From an uncultured delta proteobacterium (lineage in GTDB: Bacteria; Desulfobacterota; Syntrophobacteria; BM002), in NCBI GenBank assembly GCA_963712115.1, contig CAVQGX010000007.1:1-64000 (forward strand): a stretch of 64,000 nt of DNA, given 5' to 3'. Position numbers and translations under genes: made by a program. Within the stretch, counting starts at the first letter, position 1. Each line of letters begins with the position of its first letter. The notes beneath the pieces are model-generated. The model saw only the letters and a program-made list of their open reading frames with translations. It searched no databases and was not told where the DNA came from. Below are positions 30,193 through 39,011 of the stretch, one piece after another.

Positions 30193-30227
30193 AAAAAGCC
30201 GTGGGCAAGGAGTTTACCCACGGCTTT
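30193..30227 (-). terminator. First attenuator terminator of the trp leader
   Basis: Minus strand AAAGCCGTGGG-loop-CCCACGGCTTTTT; its 5' side GTGGGTAAACTCC can alternatively pair with leader GGAGTTTATCCAC. Confidence 0.85.
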
Positions 30228-30243
30228 GAAGTACTATTGGCTT

Positions 30244-30336
30244 CTACTCACCTGGCAGTGGATAAACTCCTACACAGACGTACCACCACCAGTACCAGTT
30301 GACGAGATTTTTCTGTCTATTTAGGTTTTTCTTCAT
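30244..30336 (-). CDS. trpL: trp operon leader peptide MKKNLNRQKNLVNWYWWWYVCVGVYPLPGE
   Basis: 30 codons with WYWWWY; AAGGA RBS; promoter TTGACA-18-TAAAGT at 30385-30356. Confidence 0.9.
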   Translation of the reverse strand: MKKNLNRQKNLVNWYWWWYVCVGVYPLPGE

Positions 30337-30559
30337 AACTTGTCCTTACCGGAGGACTTTAAAAAACAGTAGCAACCTTTGTCAAGGAAAAACTTTATGG
30401 TTATTCCTTCTCTGTTGGCTGCCTTAACTTTTTTATACGAATGTACCCAATTAAATACTTATTGCCATTTTGTCGGTGGAATGGCTTGACTCCTCTCTAC
30501 TTTTTCTATAAATAATAAGCTCGTTTTGCGAGGTCATTTATATTATCTGGAGTGGTCAT

Positions 30560-30700
30560 ATGGCGAAACAAAAGAGAAGCGAGCGTAAAAGAGAGCTAGA
30601 CAGACAGCGAAGAAGACGAAAAAAGAGGTTAAAACTACGAGCTAAAGGTCTATTGCCGCCTGTGGAGGAGTCCAAGAAGAAAGCTGCCCCCAAGGGCTAA
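30560..30700 (+). CDS. Small highly basic protein, 46 aa (MAKQKRSERKRELDRQRRRRKKRLKLRAKG...)
   Basis: GGAG RBS, ATG..TAA; below the ORF-track size cutoff; resembles DUF6800-type small proteins (from memory). Confidence 0.65.
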   Translation: MAKQKRSERKRELDRQRRRRKKRLKLRAKGLLPPVEESKKKAAPKG

Positions 30701-30860
30701 GCTTGGTGATAGTCTAATTCTCTGCCCCCAAACTAGACAACCCTTAACAACATCCCTACTGATAACTACCCTACGGATAGAGGCTAGCCGACAACCATCT
30801 ATCTGTCTTCCCCCTGTATAGACCCTGTCACCCCAGCATTTTCGGCCTTCTTTAGGGAAC

Positions 30861-30876
30861 TGGCATTGTAATTGCA
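30861..30876 (+). promoter_or_regulatory. sigma54 promoter (-24/-12)
   Basis: TGGCAT-TGTAA-TTGCA with correct spacing, 37 nt upstream of ATG 30914. Confidence 0.7.
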
Positions 30877-30913
30877 TAGTTATCAAGGCGAACTATCAGG
30901 CCAGGAGACTGTC

Positions 30914-31651
30914 ATGAAGCAGAAAACTTTGCTCCTTTTCCAGCTCTTGCTAGCGGTTTTCTCCATTTATTCAGTTCTCAAATACAGTGGCAACCAGCGT
31001 ATGATCATCCCTCTTACCTGTCTTGTTGCCATGTTTTTGGTGGGGAAAGTAGAGACTGCTGTCACCGAAAGCGAGAAGAAGAAAAAGGACGAAAGGGCAA
31101 AAAGGAGAAAGGGTACTGAAGAAAAGACGACGTTCAAGCCAGTCGACTGCCTGCTTAAGAGCAAGAATGTGCTACTCCTGACCGATGCAATTCACTACCT
31201 TTTGAATGAGCTAGGCCTAAAAGTCTCCCGCTCTCCAGATCAGACTTTCATTGACCGCTTGATCAGAACGGATGACAGCAACCAGGTAACCTTTGGTCTG
31301 AAAGTGCTTGGAGACGTTGGAGAGCTTAGCGAGAATTGGGAGAGTTGGGAGGAAGTTACTGACTTTGATATGGGGAAAGGTGGGAATAGACGTCTTGTTC
31401 TTATCAGCAGCAATAGTACTCAAGAGGAAGATGACGGTAAGCCAAAGTTCAGCGATTTTCCAGCTAATATTCAAAGCCTACTTTCTTCCAAAAACATAGT
31501 TGCTATGACCACCCTCACCTTTTACAAAATTTATCTTCTTTGCCAAAAAAAGAGTGTTAAACCCGGAGCGATTCTTGACCTTATTCACCGTCACCCCGGC
31601 GGTGTTTTCCGCTTGGAACAATATATGAAGGGTTCCAAACAGGCCGCTTGA
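30914..31651 (+). CDS. Hypothetical membrane-anchored protein
   Basis: AGGAG RBS; two N-terminal hydrophobic segments followed by a soluble domain. Confidence 0.7.
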   Translation: MKQKTLLLFQLLLAVFSIYSVLKYSGNQRMIIPLTCLVAMFLVGKVETAVTESEKKKKDERAKRRKGTEEKTTFKPVDCLLKSKNVLLLTDAIHYLLNELGLKVSRSPDQTFIDRLIRTDDSNQVTFGLKVLGDVGELSENWESWEEVTDFDMGKGGNRRLVLISSNSTQEEDDGKPKFSDFPANIQSLLSSKNIVAMTTLTFYKIYLLCQKKSVKPGAILDLIHRHPGGVFRLEQYMKGSKQAA

Positions 31652-31931
31652 GCCTCCGTGCTTGGAGGCGAATCCCCTAGTATCACTTCACCCAACTCCC
31701 CAGAGTTCGAGAGGTAGACCTACTTGCGTCATTTATCATCTCCCATTGCACATTTCGCATTTATCATTTGTGCAAAGAGCCGAGCCCCATGAATGGTTTT
31801 ATTTTTCAAGCTTGAACATACAATGATAAATGACAGATGCGAAATGAGAAATGACCGCGGTGCCTAGTTATTTTTGTGGTATATTCTTCAGAATCGTTGA
31901 AGCGCTAATGAGATAGCAAATCGGAGCTCTG

Positions 31932-33659
31932 GTGAATCTCCCTACTCTGGATTGGATAATCATTCTAGCCTACCTTGCTGCTAGTCTGATAATCGGCTTT
32001 TACTTCTCCAAGAGAGCCCTGCGGAGCGTGGACGACTACTTCGTCTCAGGCCGTGTCCTCCCGTGGTGGCTGGCCGGCATGTCCATGATTGCCTCCGCCT
32101 TCGCCATCGACACTCCTTTAGGCATTACCGGCCTGGTGGCCAAGGATGGTATCCCGGGTGTGTGGTATGCCTGGTCCTTTGTTCTAGGGGGAGCTGGCGC
32201 CCTGGGGGCCTTCATCTTTGCCTCTTTGCTGAGACGTTCTGAAATCATTACTACGGCTGAACTTATAGAGCTCCGCTATGATGGCCCCTCTGCCGCTTTT
32301 CTGAGAGGTTTCAAAGGTGTCTACTTCGGTATATTTGCCAATGCTGTCACTTTGGGCTGGATCATTAAGGCAGTCTGGACAATTAGTGGGGTGGTAGCCC
32401 CCACAATTGATCGCCATCTTCTCTTGGGTGTCATACTTTCGGTCACCCTTACCTATACAGCAGCATCAGGGCTTTGGGGCATCGCTGCGACAGATCTCAT
32501 TCAGTTTGTGATCGGCTCCGCAGGTTCCATTACCCTGGCAGTGCTTGCCTGGAATCACATCGGTGGAATGGGAAATATCATTGACGGCTTCGTCAGTAGA
32601 TATGGAGCTGGATCAGCTGCAGAGAGACTTAGCTTTTTCCCAACTGTAGGCACGCCTTTTTTCGTAACATTCCTGGTCTTCATAACCCTGAAATGGTGGG
32701 GCAATCCGCCCCCGGCAATCACTCAAAGAATTATTTCTGCGAAAAACGAAAAGCACGCCTCCTTTTCAACCATGTTTTTTGCAGTGGTTGCCTTTGGCTT
32801 CAATTACTGGCCCATGATCTTGGTGGCAATGGTTTCACTTATTGTCTATCCAGATTTAGAGGTTCCCGAGGCAGGCTATGCCATGTTGATCTTGAAGCTC
32901 CTCCCCTCTGGGCTCCTAGGACTCATGCTAGCCTCTCTAATGGCAGCCTTCATGTCTACCGTAGATACCCACATAAACTTTGGCGCTGCCTACATGGTCA
33001 ATGACCTCTATCGCCGTTTTATTATGAAAAAGGCCTCAGAAAAACATTACGTCCGTGCTTCTCAGGTTAGCACAGTGCTTATGCTGCTACTTGCAGTGGT
33101 GATTGCCTATAATCTCGATTCGGTAAGTGATGCCTGGTATTACATATCTATGCTGACAGCGGGTTACGGTATTGTCATAGTCGTTCGCTGGTTTTGGTGG
33201 CGGGTAAACGCTTGGGCAGAGATTGCAGCACTGGCGAGTTCAGGAGTCGGCAGCACTCTCCTATCGCCGAAATTTGCCAAAGCCGTGGGTTACTGGGACC
33301 ATATTCCCCATTTGGACTGGCAGTACAGGTTTATGATTGTGGTGGCTTTCTGTACCGTTTCCTGGGTGGTAGTCTGCTTTTTGACCAAACCCACAGCAGA
33401 AGAGCATTTGAAAAAATTCTGCGCTAAGGTGAAACCTTTTCCTACCCTTTGGGGGCCTATCTATAAGAAAAATCCCGAGCTGGATTGGAATCCACATTTC
33501 ACCAGATCATGCCTAAACTGGGTACTCGGTGCTGCCACCGTCTACTGTTTTTGTTTTGGCACAGGCCACCTTTTGTTCTTGAACTTCACCTATGGCTTCG
33601 TGCTCCTTGCATTAGCCGCTGTTCTAGCAATAATTATTCTGATAATTTGGAAAAGTTAG
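31932..33659 (+). CDS. Sodium:solute symporter family protein
   Basis: DYFVSGRVLPWWLAGMSM, AAFMSTVDTH, RWFWWRVNAW; many TM helices. Confidence 0.92.
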   Translation: MNLPTLDWIIILAYLAASLIIGFYFSKRALRSVDDYFVSGRVLPWWLAGMSMIASAFAIDTPLGITGLVAKDGIPGVWYAWSFVLGGAGALGAFIFASLLRRSEIITTAELIELRYDGPSAAFLRGFKGVYFGIFANAVTLGWIIKAVWTISGVVAPTIDRHLLLGVILSVTLTYTAASGLWGIAATDLIQFVIGSAGSITLAVLAWNHIGGMGNIIDGFVSRYGAGSAAERLSFFPTVGTPFFVTFLVFITLKWWGNPPPAITQRIISAKNEKHASFSTMFFAVVAFGFNYWPMILVAMVSLIVYPDLEVPEAGYAMLILKLLPSGLLGLMLASLMAAFMSTVDTHINFGAAYMVNDLYRRFIMKKASEKHYVRASQVSTVLMLLLAVVIAYNLDSVSDAWYYISMLTAGYGIVIVVRWFWWRVNAWAEIAALASSGVGSTLLSPKFAKAVGYWDHIPHLDWQYRFMIVVAFCTVSWVVVCFLTKPTAEEHLKKFCAKVKPFPTLWGPIYKKNPELDWNPHFTRSCLNWVLGAATVYCFCFGTGHLLFLNFTYGFVLLALAAVLAIIILIIWKS

Positions 33660-33829
33660 CTACTGAAAGCTGAACGCTCATGGCGCGAGTCCAAAAAAAC
33701 GTTGTTTTCGGATGAGCACTAGCTAGTTAGTGAAGGTGAACCTGCTCTTTTGCAGGTCATTCTCAGGAGTCCCGCTTAAGCGGCATGAGGAAGAATGTCG
33801 CAGTTGGCGGAAAAGTAGGCAATATCTCT

Positions 33830-34159
33830 TTATTTGTCGCCGCGGACGAAATACACGTAGATATTCACTGCCGCAATGGCAATAAACCCACCACAGAAAA
33901 TCAGCAGTTTTTCGGCATTAAAATCCAAAGCATTAGTCCCCTCTACCGTCAGCTGAAAAAGAAGAAGAAAAGCTGGGGCAGATAGAAGGGTAACCAGTGC
34001 CTTTTCCATCCCCCGGATTATGAAAACAATACTGCAGACCACCATAAAACCTATGAAATAGGGATTCTTTATCAGGGTCAGCATGTCAATCGAGGCAAGG
34101 ATATCATTGAGCCTGCTGAAATCCAGGTCTCTTATGGCGGATATAATGTCTGACAACAT
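33830..34159 (-). CDS. Small hypothetical membrane protein
   Basis: AAGGAG RBS near ATG 34159; about 3 TM segments; sigma54 site upstream. Confidence 0.7.
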   Translation of the reverse strand: MLSDIISAIRDLDFSRLNDILASIDMLTLIKNPYFIGFMVVCSIVFIIRGMEKALVTLLSAPAFLLLFQLTVEGTNALDFNAEKLLIFCGGFIAIAAVNIYVYFVRGDK

Positions 34160-34235
34160 GGTTGACAAACTCCTTGCTTTTTATTCTATAAGCCAAGCTA
34201 GCATAATAACTTGATTTATTATACAGTATTTATTT

Positions 34236-34251
34236 AGCAACTCCTATGCCA
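34236..34251 (-). promoter_or_regulatory. sigma54 promoter (-24/-12)
   Basis: Minus strand TGGCAT-AGGAG-TTGCT. Confidence 0.7.
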
Positions 34252-34372
34252 TAAGTTGCACCTCCAACCTGTCAAAAAGATTTTCTCCTCCTTCTTCGCC
34301 TCAAGACTCAGATCTGATATTTTACCATACTCCTGCTGCGCCCTCGGACACGACCATTCTCCCTGGCCTAGC

Positions 34373-34548
34373 CCGGATGTTTCATGAATCACTTGCTGCG
34401 ACCGCGGATATGAACGTCCTTCCGGGCGTCCTCAGGTGTCGTACCCTGCGACGTACCGTTCAGGTACGCCTCGGGTTCAACACCCTGCGGTTGCCCGGTG
34501 GCACGCCCATCTTCGTGGTCTCGCGACAGCAATTCATGAAACATCCGG
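34373..34548. mobile_element. MITE-like long hairpin element, copy 1
   Basis: Perfect 17-bp TIR CCGGATGTTTCATGAAT; closely matches 41598-41780. Confidence 0.8.
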
Positions 34549-34800
34549 CCTGGGACTTACTCTTGAGGGATCCAGCCAACTGTGCCGCTTCTTGCCATCG
34601 TTGTTCAGAGTCAATTAGTTAACTCAAAGTATTAGCCTTATGATAAAAAAGCTAATTATTACGAGCTATTAAAAATATATGAATCATGGTATGAGCTGCA
34701 AATTAAGTTGGCTAGACTGAGTGAGATGCCCAGTGTGGGTAGGGCCACCGATTCTGCAGACCTATAATCTCTGGTTGATCAGGTAGTTTGGCAGGCAGGT

Positions 34801-35511
34801 TTATTTACTAGCTGACTTTTCGCATTCAGATGTACGGTATGTTCTCATCCGCGCCAAATCGAAGGCATAATCATAAATATGGAGACCTTTAGAAGCCACA
34901 ATCATTTCCCCGTCTTCAACACCAATCTCACTTGCCATGTATTCTTTCAAAAGCTGAATCCCGCCTAAATTGGCCGGATATCCGTTCCAGGCATCCCAGG
35001 AACGGAAATAGACAAAGAAATGAAGTCGGTTGTCTTGAATGCGTGTATCAATCTGACGCAAGCATGGAGGGTCTTCCAGCTTCAAGTCGGTGGGCATTCC
35101 TACGGTCATCACCATCTGATTATTGCGAAATCCGTGACTTTTGTAAGTATCGATGACCGTCTGGATCTGGTCAATCCCCATCCCCCCAGCTAATCGTTCG
35201 CCATAGGTGTAATCCTCATCAGGCTCTTTGTGAGGCGTCATAAGATATGGCAAGTAATTGTCAAGATAGTCGTCCGCCACTGGATTGGGAATGCCTAAAT
35301 GGGCAGGTATATCCGGCAAAAGTGGCCTACCGCCGGGATGTTTAATATGAACTGTCACATAATCCAGCTCTAATCGCTTTTGTCCTGCGTAGGAACCTCT
35401 ATCAATAAGAAACTCCCGGCCGTGATCGAGCAAATTCCAGATAATCTGAAACCAGGAATCTGGAAGTGTGGTGGCCTCGATGTAAACAGGATTCAATGAT
35501 ACTTTCGCCAT
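34801..35511 (-). CDS. thyA: Thymidylate synthase, short archaeal-type
   Basis: YTYGER, DPPCL (catalytic Cys), FRSWD, PAN, LHIYD. Confidence 0.85.
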   Translation of the reverse strand: MAKVSLNPVYIEATTLPDSWFQIIWNLLDHGREFLIDRGSYAGQKRLELDYVTVHIKHPGGRPLLPDIPAHLGIPNPVADDYLDNYLPYLMTPHKEPDEDYTYGERLAGGMGIDQIQTVIDTYKSHGFRNNQMVMTVGMPTDLKLEDPPCLRQIDTRIQDNRLHFFVYFRSWDAWNGYPANLGGIQLLKEYMASEIGVEDGEMIVASKGLHIYDYAFDLARMRTYRTSECEKSASK

Positions 35512-35550
35512 CCCTTTCTCCCTCTCAGCTGGGTTCAGCCCGGACTTGGG

Positions 35551-35750
35551 GTTAACCCTAATGTTGCATACCTACACCGGTAAAAACCGCTGCGCTCGCT
35601 CGATTGCACACCATCTGCGGCTGTGCTCGCCTCGGACAGGACTTCACGTACGGTCAAGTACGCCTCGACCTGTCCGAGCCTGCACGCAGCCACATCTGAC
35701 GCACTCTTGAGCGTTTTTACTCGACATTGCTATGCAACACTAGGGTCAAC
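35551..35750. mobile_element. MITE-like long hairpin element, different subtype
   Basis: Ends GTTAACCCTAATGTTGCATA / TATGCAACACTAGGGTCAAC; apical CGTAC-GGTCAA-GTACGCCTC. Confidence 0.7.
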
Positions 35751-35838
35751 TCTGCTGTAGCGCAGCACCATAGCACGAGGCTACCTCACAGAGTTCAACC
35801 ACCCGAGTTCCCATTATTGGGGCTCCTTATAAAGGAGC

Positions 35839-36591
35839 TTAAGACACGGTCTCTAGTCTTGAGCCTTCCTCTTGGGGTATTTCTTCTCCCCGAACGGAGA
35901 CCTTGACGGTTTCTACTGGAATCTTTTTGCCGCTGGCTTCTATTGCCTTGTGCACCACATGCAATAGGCCGGCACAGCAGGGCACCTCCATATAGCCTAT
36001 GGTGATTGATTTTATATCATTGTTGGCAAATATTTGTCCCAACTTTTCCACATAAAATTTGCTATCGTCCAGCTTGGGGCACCCAATCGCCAGTATCTTG
36101 CCGTGAAGCAAGCGCTGATGAAAGGCTCCCATGGCAAATGGAACGCAGTCAGCCGCAATCAGCAGCTCTGCCCCATTGAAAAATGGAGCATTCACCGGCA
36201 GCAGGTGGATTTGAACAGGCCAGTTTCTCAGTTCCGAGGTCTGACCGCCTACCTTCTGCGCTGCTGCCGCAGGAGCTTGCGGCTGGAAATGTATCAGTTT
36301 TGACCCGGGACAGCCGATTTCGAGCTCTTTAGGTGGTTGCTCGTCCCGTAGGCTTTTGACGTGTTCTTCTGTTGCTTCTTCGTCGAATGGGTCTGAGTCC
36401 TTTATCACAATTTCTAAGGCTCCTTGGGGGCATTCACCTATGCAGGCACCCAGGCCGTCACAATATATCTCTTTTATAATTTTGGCCTTGCCGTCCCGGA
36501 TTTCAAGCGCCCCTTCAGCGCAGGAAATCACACATAAGCCACAACCATCACATTTTTCTTCATCTATCTCTACGATGTTTCTCACTGCCAT
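35839..36591 (-). CDS. 2x[4Fe-4S] ferredoxin-domain protein (hcp-associated type)
   Basis: CDGCGLCVISC, CDGLGACIGECP, GCPG, WPVQ, AADC, GCPKLDD, MEVPCC. Confidence 0.88.
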   Translation of the reverse strand: MAVRNIVEIDEEKCDGCGLCVISCAEGALEIRDGKAKIIKEIYCDGLGACIGECPQGALEIVIKDSDPFDEEATEEHVKSLRDEQPPKELEIGCPGSKLIHFQPQAPAAAAQKVGGQTSELRNWPVQIHLLPVNAPFFNGAELLIAADCVPFAMGAFHQRLLHGKILAIGCPKLDDSKFYVEKLGQIFANNDIKSITIGYMEVPCCAGLLHVVHKAIEASGKKIPVETVKVSVRGEEIPQEEGSRLETVS

Positions 36592-36654
36592 CTTGCACCT
36601 CCGCTCTTGTTTTTACTGTTGTCCGCAATGATAATACCCCTTGGGCAGCGGTGC

Positions 36655-36670
36655 TTTGATTTAAGTCAAA
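36655..36670. promoter_or_regulatory. Crp/Fnr-family (HcpR/FNR-like) binding site
   Basis: TTTGA-TTTAAG-TCAAA palindrome 64 bp upstream of the ferredoxin gene. Confidence 0.6.
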
Positions 36671-36997
36671 TAGCTGAGCTTTAACAAATTATTTCCTTAG
36701 AAGAAAAAAGCTAACATGGAATTATAGGTCTGGCAATGATAAAACTCGGCAGGAGTTTCCCCAAAAATATTTTTGTGACATAGGCCGCGGGAAAGCTACT
36801 CCACAACGAGCAATTGAAGACCCCTGCAGTCTGCCTCCGGCGGCAGCAGGCCGACCTGGGTCTTCGTAGTTCAATATTACTGCTGTTAAAACCCTTTAAA
36901 AATTTACCCTGGGTCATTATAATGGGCTATGAGCGGAATGATTCAGACAAATGGATTGCCTATTCCGCGATTTTCGAGTGATCGAGGAGAGTGACGC

Positions 36998-37453
36998 ATG
37001 ACAGGAGAGAACATGGTTACCATCAGTGAAGTTTATCTTAAAAGCGACCGCAGTTCTGGCAACATGGTGGTATTGAAGGAGACAGAAGAAGACCAGAACC
37101 ATTTCGTCATGTTTGTGGGCGATTCGGAATTCGCGGCCATTGCCAAAGAAAAAGGGTTAGTGGAGCCAAAGAGGCCTTTAACTCATGACCTCTATTTGCG
37201 AATCAGCGATAACCTCCCGGTGGAGTTTCTACGAATAGAAATATATGACATGAAAGAAAACACTTATTACGCCAACGTGTTGTTTCGTGCCAATGGGCAA
37301 GAACATACGGTGGACTGTCGACCCAGCGATGCTGTGGCACTCGCCTTAAACAGGAAGATACCTATCTTGGTAAATAAGAAGCTGTTCCGCCGCGAACTTA
37401 CTACGGAAGAGATCAAAGAGTATGAGGAGATTTGTAAGACGGTGAAATTCTAG
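36998..37453 (+). CDS. Bifunctional nuclease family protein (DUF151)
   Basis: RPLTHDL, DCRPSDAVALAL. Confidence 0.9.
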   Translation: MTGENMVTISEVYLKSDRSSGNMVVLKETEEDQNHFVMFVGDSEFAAIAKEKGLVEPKRPLTHDLYLRISDNLPVEFLRIEIYDMKENTYYANVLFRANGQEHTVDCRPSDAVALALNRKIPILVNKKLFRRELTTEEIKEYEEICKTVKF

Positions 37454-37533
37454 TTTGGCGGCTGCATGCCGAAACTTTGGGACTATTGTGGCTACCCCTA
37501 TCTCGAAGAACTTGCACGGAAACAAACTGCTGA

Positions 37534-37785
37534 CTACTCTGCAGCCTGCTCGCCCGATTTGACGATTTTCTCGGTTGCCTCTGCCAGGGCCACAAAAGCT
37601 CTGATCACATCGAAGTGCTGCATAATTAACTTTATATGGTGTTCCACCAACTCGCCTTTGCTCACTTTTTCCAGTTCAGCCTTTATTTCCTCAGGATTCA
37701 ACTCTTGCTGGCTAATTCTCTTAAGCTCAGGAAGTATCTGTTCAAAGGCACGCAAAGTGGTCATCGGGTCTGCCGTTTGGTCCAT
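37534..37785 (-). CDS. Hypothetical protein
   Basis: 83 aa, GAGGAG RBS, helical composition. Confidence 0.55.
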   Translation of the reverse strand: MDQTADPMTTLRAFEQILPELKRISQQELNPEEIKAELEKVSKGELVEHHIKLIMQHFDVIRAFVALAEATEKIVKSGEQAAE

Positions 37786-37897
37786 CTCCAGCTCCTCTCT
37801 TATTTTATCGCGACTCCCATTGGCTTACTTTTTGAGATTCCCCTTTCCGCTCTAGCTTTCCTGCGCCTGGCGGCCATGAAACATCCGGGTTAACCTC

Positions 37898-38164
37898 TCA
37901 ATACCTTCGAAAGCCTCGTCGGGGTTTGTCCCGACGCGGTTGAGCTTTATCGACCTTCATCGCCCGTCCCTTGAAAACGGAACCGTTAAGCGCTTCTATT
38001 GCTTTTTCCGCCTCACTAACATTAGACATCTCTACGAAGCCAAAGCCTCTCCTCTCGATGATCTTGACTTCCTTAACCATGCCATAATCGGCAAATAGCT
38101 TTTCCAGCTCTTCACTGGTCACCGAGTAATTGAGATTGCCAACATAGAGTTTACCACCTTCCAT
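37898..38164 (-). CDS. RRM-domain RNA-binding protein
   Basis: LYVGNL (RNP2) and RGFGFVEM (RNP1). Confidence 0.93.
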   Translation of the reverse strand: MEGGKLYVGNLNYSVTSEELEKLFADYGMVKEVKIIERRGFGFVEMSNVSEAEKAIEALNGSVFKGRAMKVDKAQPRRDKPRRGFRRY

Positions 38165-38582
38165 GACTTTCTCCTTTTGCGGGCACCAATACCCTGAGCA
38201 ACTCTATTTCAAAGCAAAAGTAAAGAATCTGGGCCCATAGAACCCGGCTTTCCATGGACAAACTCTTCACCCTTCTTACCAGTATGACCTTCTACGTCGC
38301 CGTTTATTCAACCGCCTCAAAGCTTTCTGGTGCTTAAGCCTGTTTCTCTCACCCTTACTTAGATGATAACGATGTCTTTTGATAGAAGGCCCGACGTTTC
38401 TCTGAAAGTCTTTCTTGAGTCGCTTTAACCGTTGCTCAAAACTACTCAAGTCTAGCCGCCTCTCTTTTTAGTTAAAGTCAAGAAAGAATTCTTGAATATT
38501 AAATGCAATGGAAGTAATCTTCATATTTAGTGAAGCTTGTTTTCTCTTTGTCGAGAGATACTTATTCTACTTGCACGAATGG

Positions 38583-39011
38583 CTAGAGGATTTCTAGCAG
38601 TTCAATCTTTAGGCCTATTTCTTGTCCAGCAAGGGGATGGTTTCCGTCTAGGGTTACATCGTCTTCAGTAAGCTCTCTTACGATAAAATATCTGATGTCA
38701 CCTTCTTGGAACCGAATTTCCAATCTCATGCCCGGCTTTGGATCAATATTTGTTGGTAGTTGTGACCTCTCCAGGGTAATTTGCAGATCTTCGCTATAGT
38801 CCCCAAATCCCTCCTCGGGGGGTATTTCGACGGATTTAGTCTCTCCCACACTCATTCCAACAACGGCATTTTCAAACCCTGGAATTACCATCTCCTGGCC
38901 AATAACAAATTCAAATGGCTCACCTCCAATGGAAGAGTCGAAAACACTGCCATCATCCAACAGTCCTTCATAGTGAACTTTCACAGTGTCACCCACCTTT
39001 GCCTGCGCCAT
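38583..39011 (-). CDS. FKBP-type peptidyl-prolyl isomerase (SlyD-like, no His-rich tail)
   Basis: VKVHY, VFDSS, IPGFE, LDGNHPLAG. Confidence 0.92.
   Translation of the reverse strand: MAQAKVGDTVKVHYEGLLDDGSVFDSSIGGEPFEFVIGQEMVIPGFENAVVGMSVGETKSVEIPPEEGFGDYSEDLQITLERSQLPTNIDPKPGMRLEIRFQEGDIRYFIVRELTEDDVTLDGNHPLAGQEIGLKIELLEIL

Noticed and set aside
34377-34622. ORFs 34377-34622 and 41536-41802 with similar peptides (RRTVQVRL...)
   Set aside because: The similarity comes from the repeated hairpin element, not from a protein family.
37800-37877. 25-codon minus-strand ORF MAARRRKARAERG...
   Set aside because: Start lies inside the solo repeat end, RBS is weak and there is no other support.
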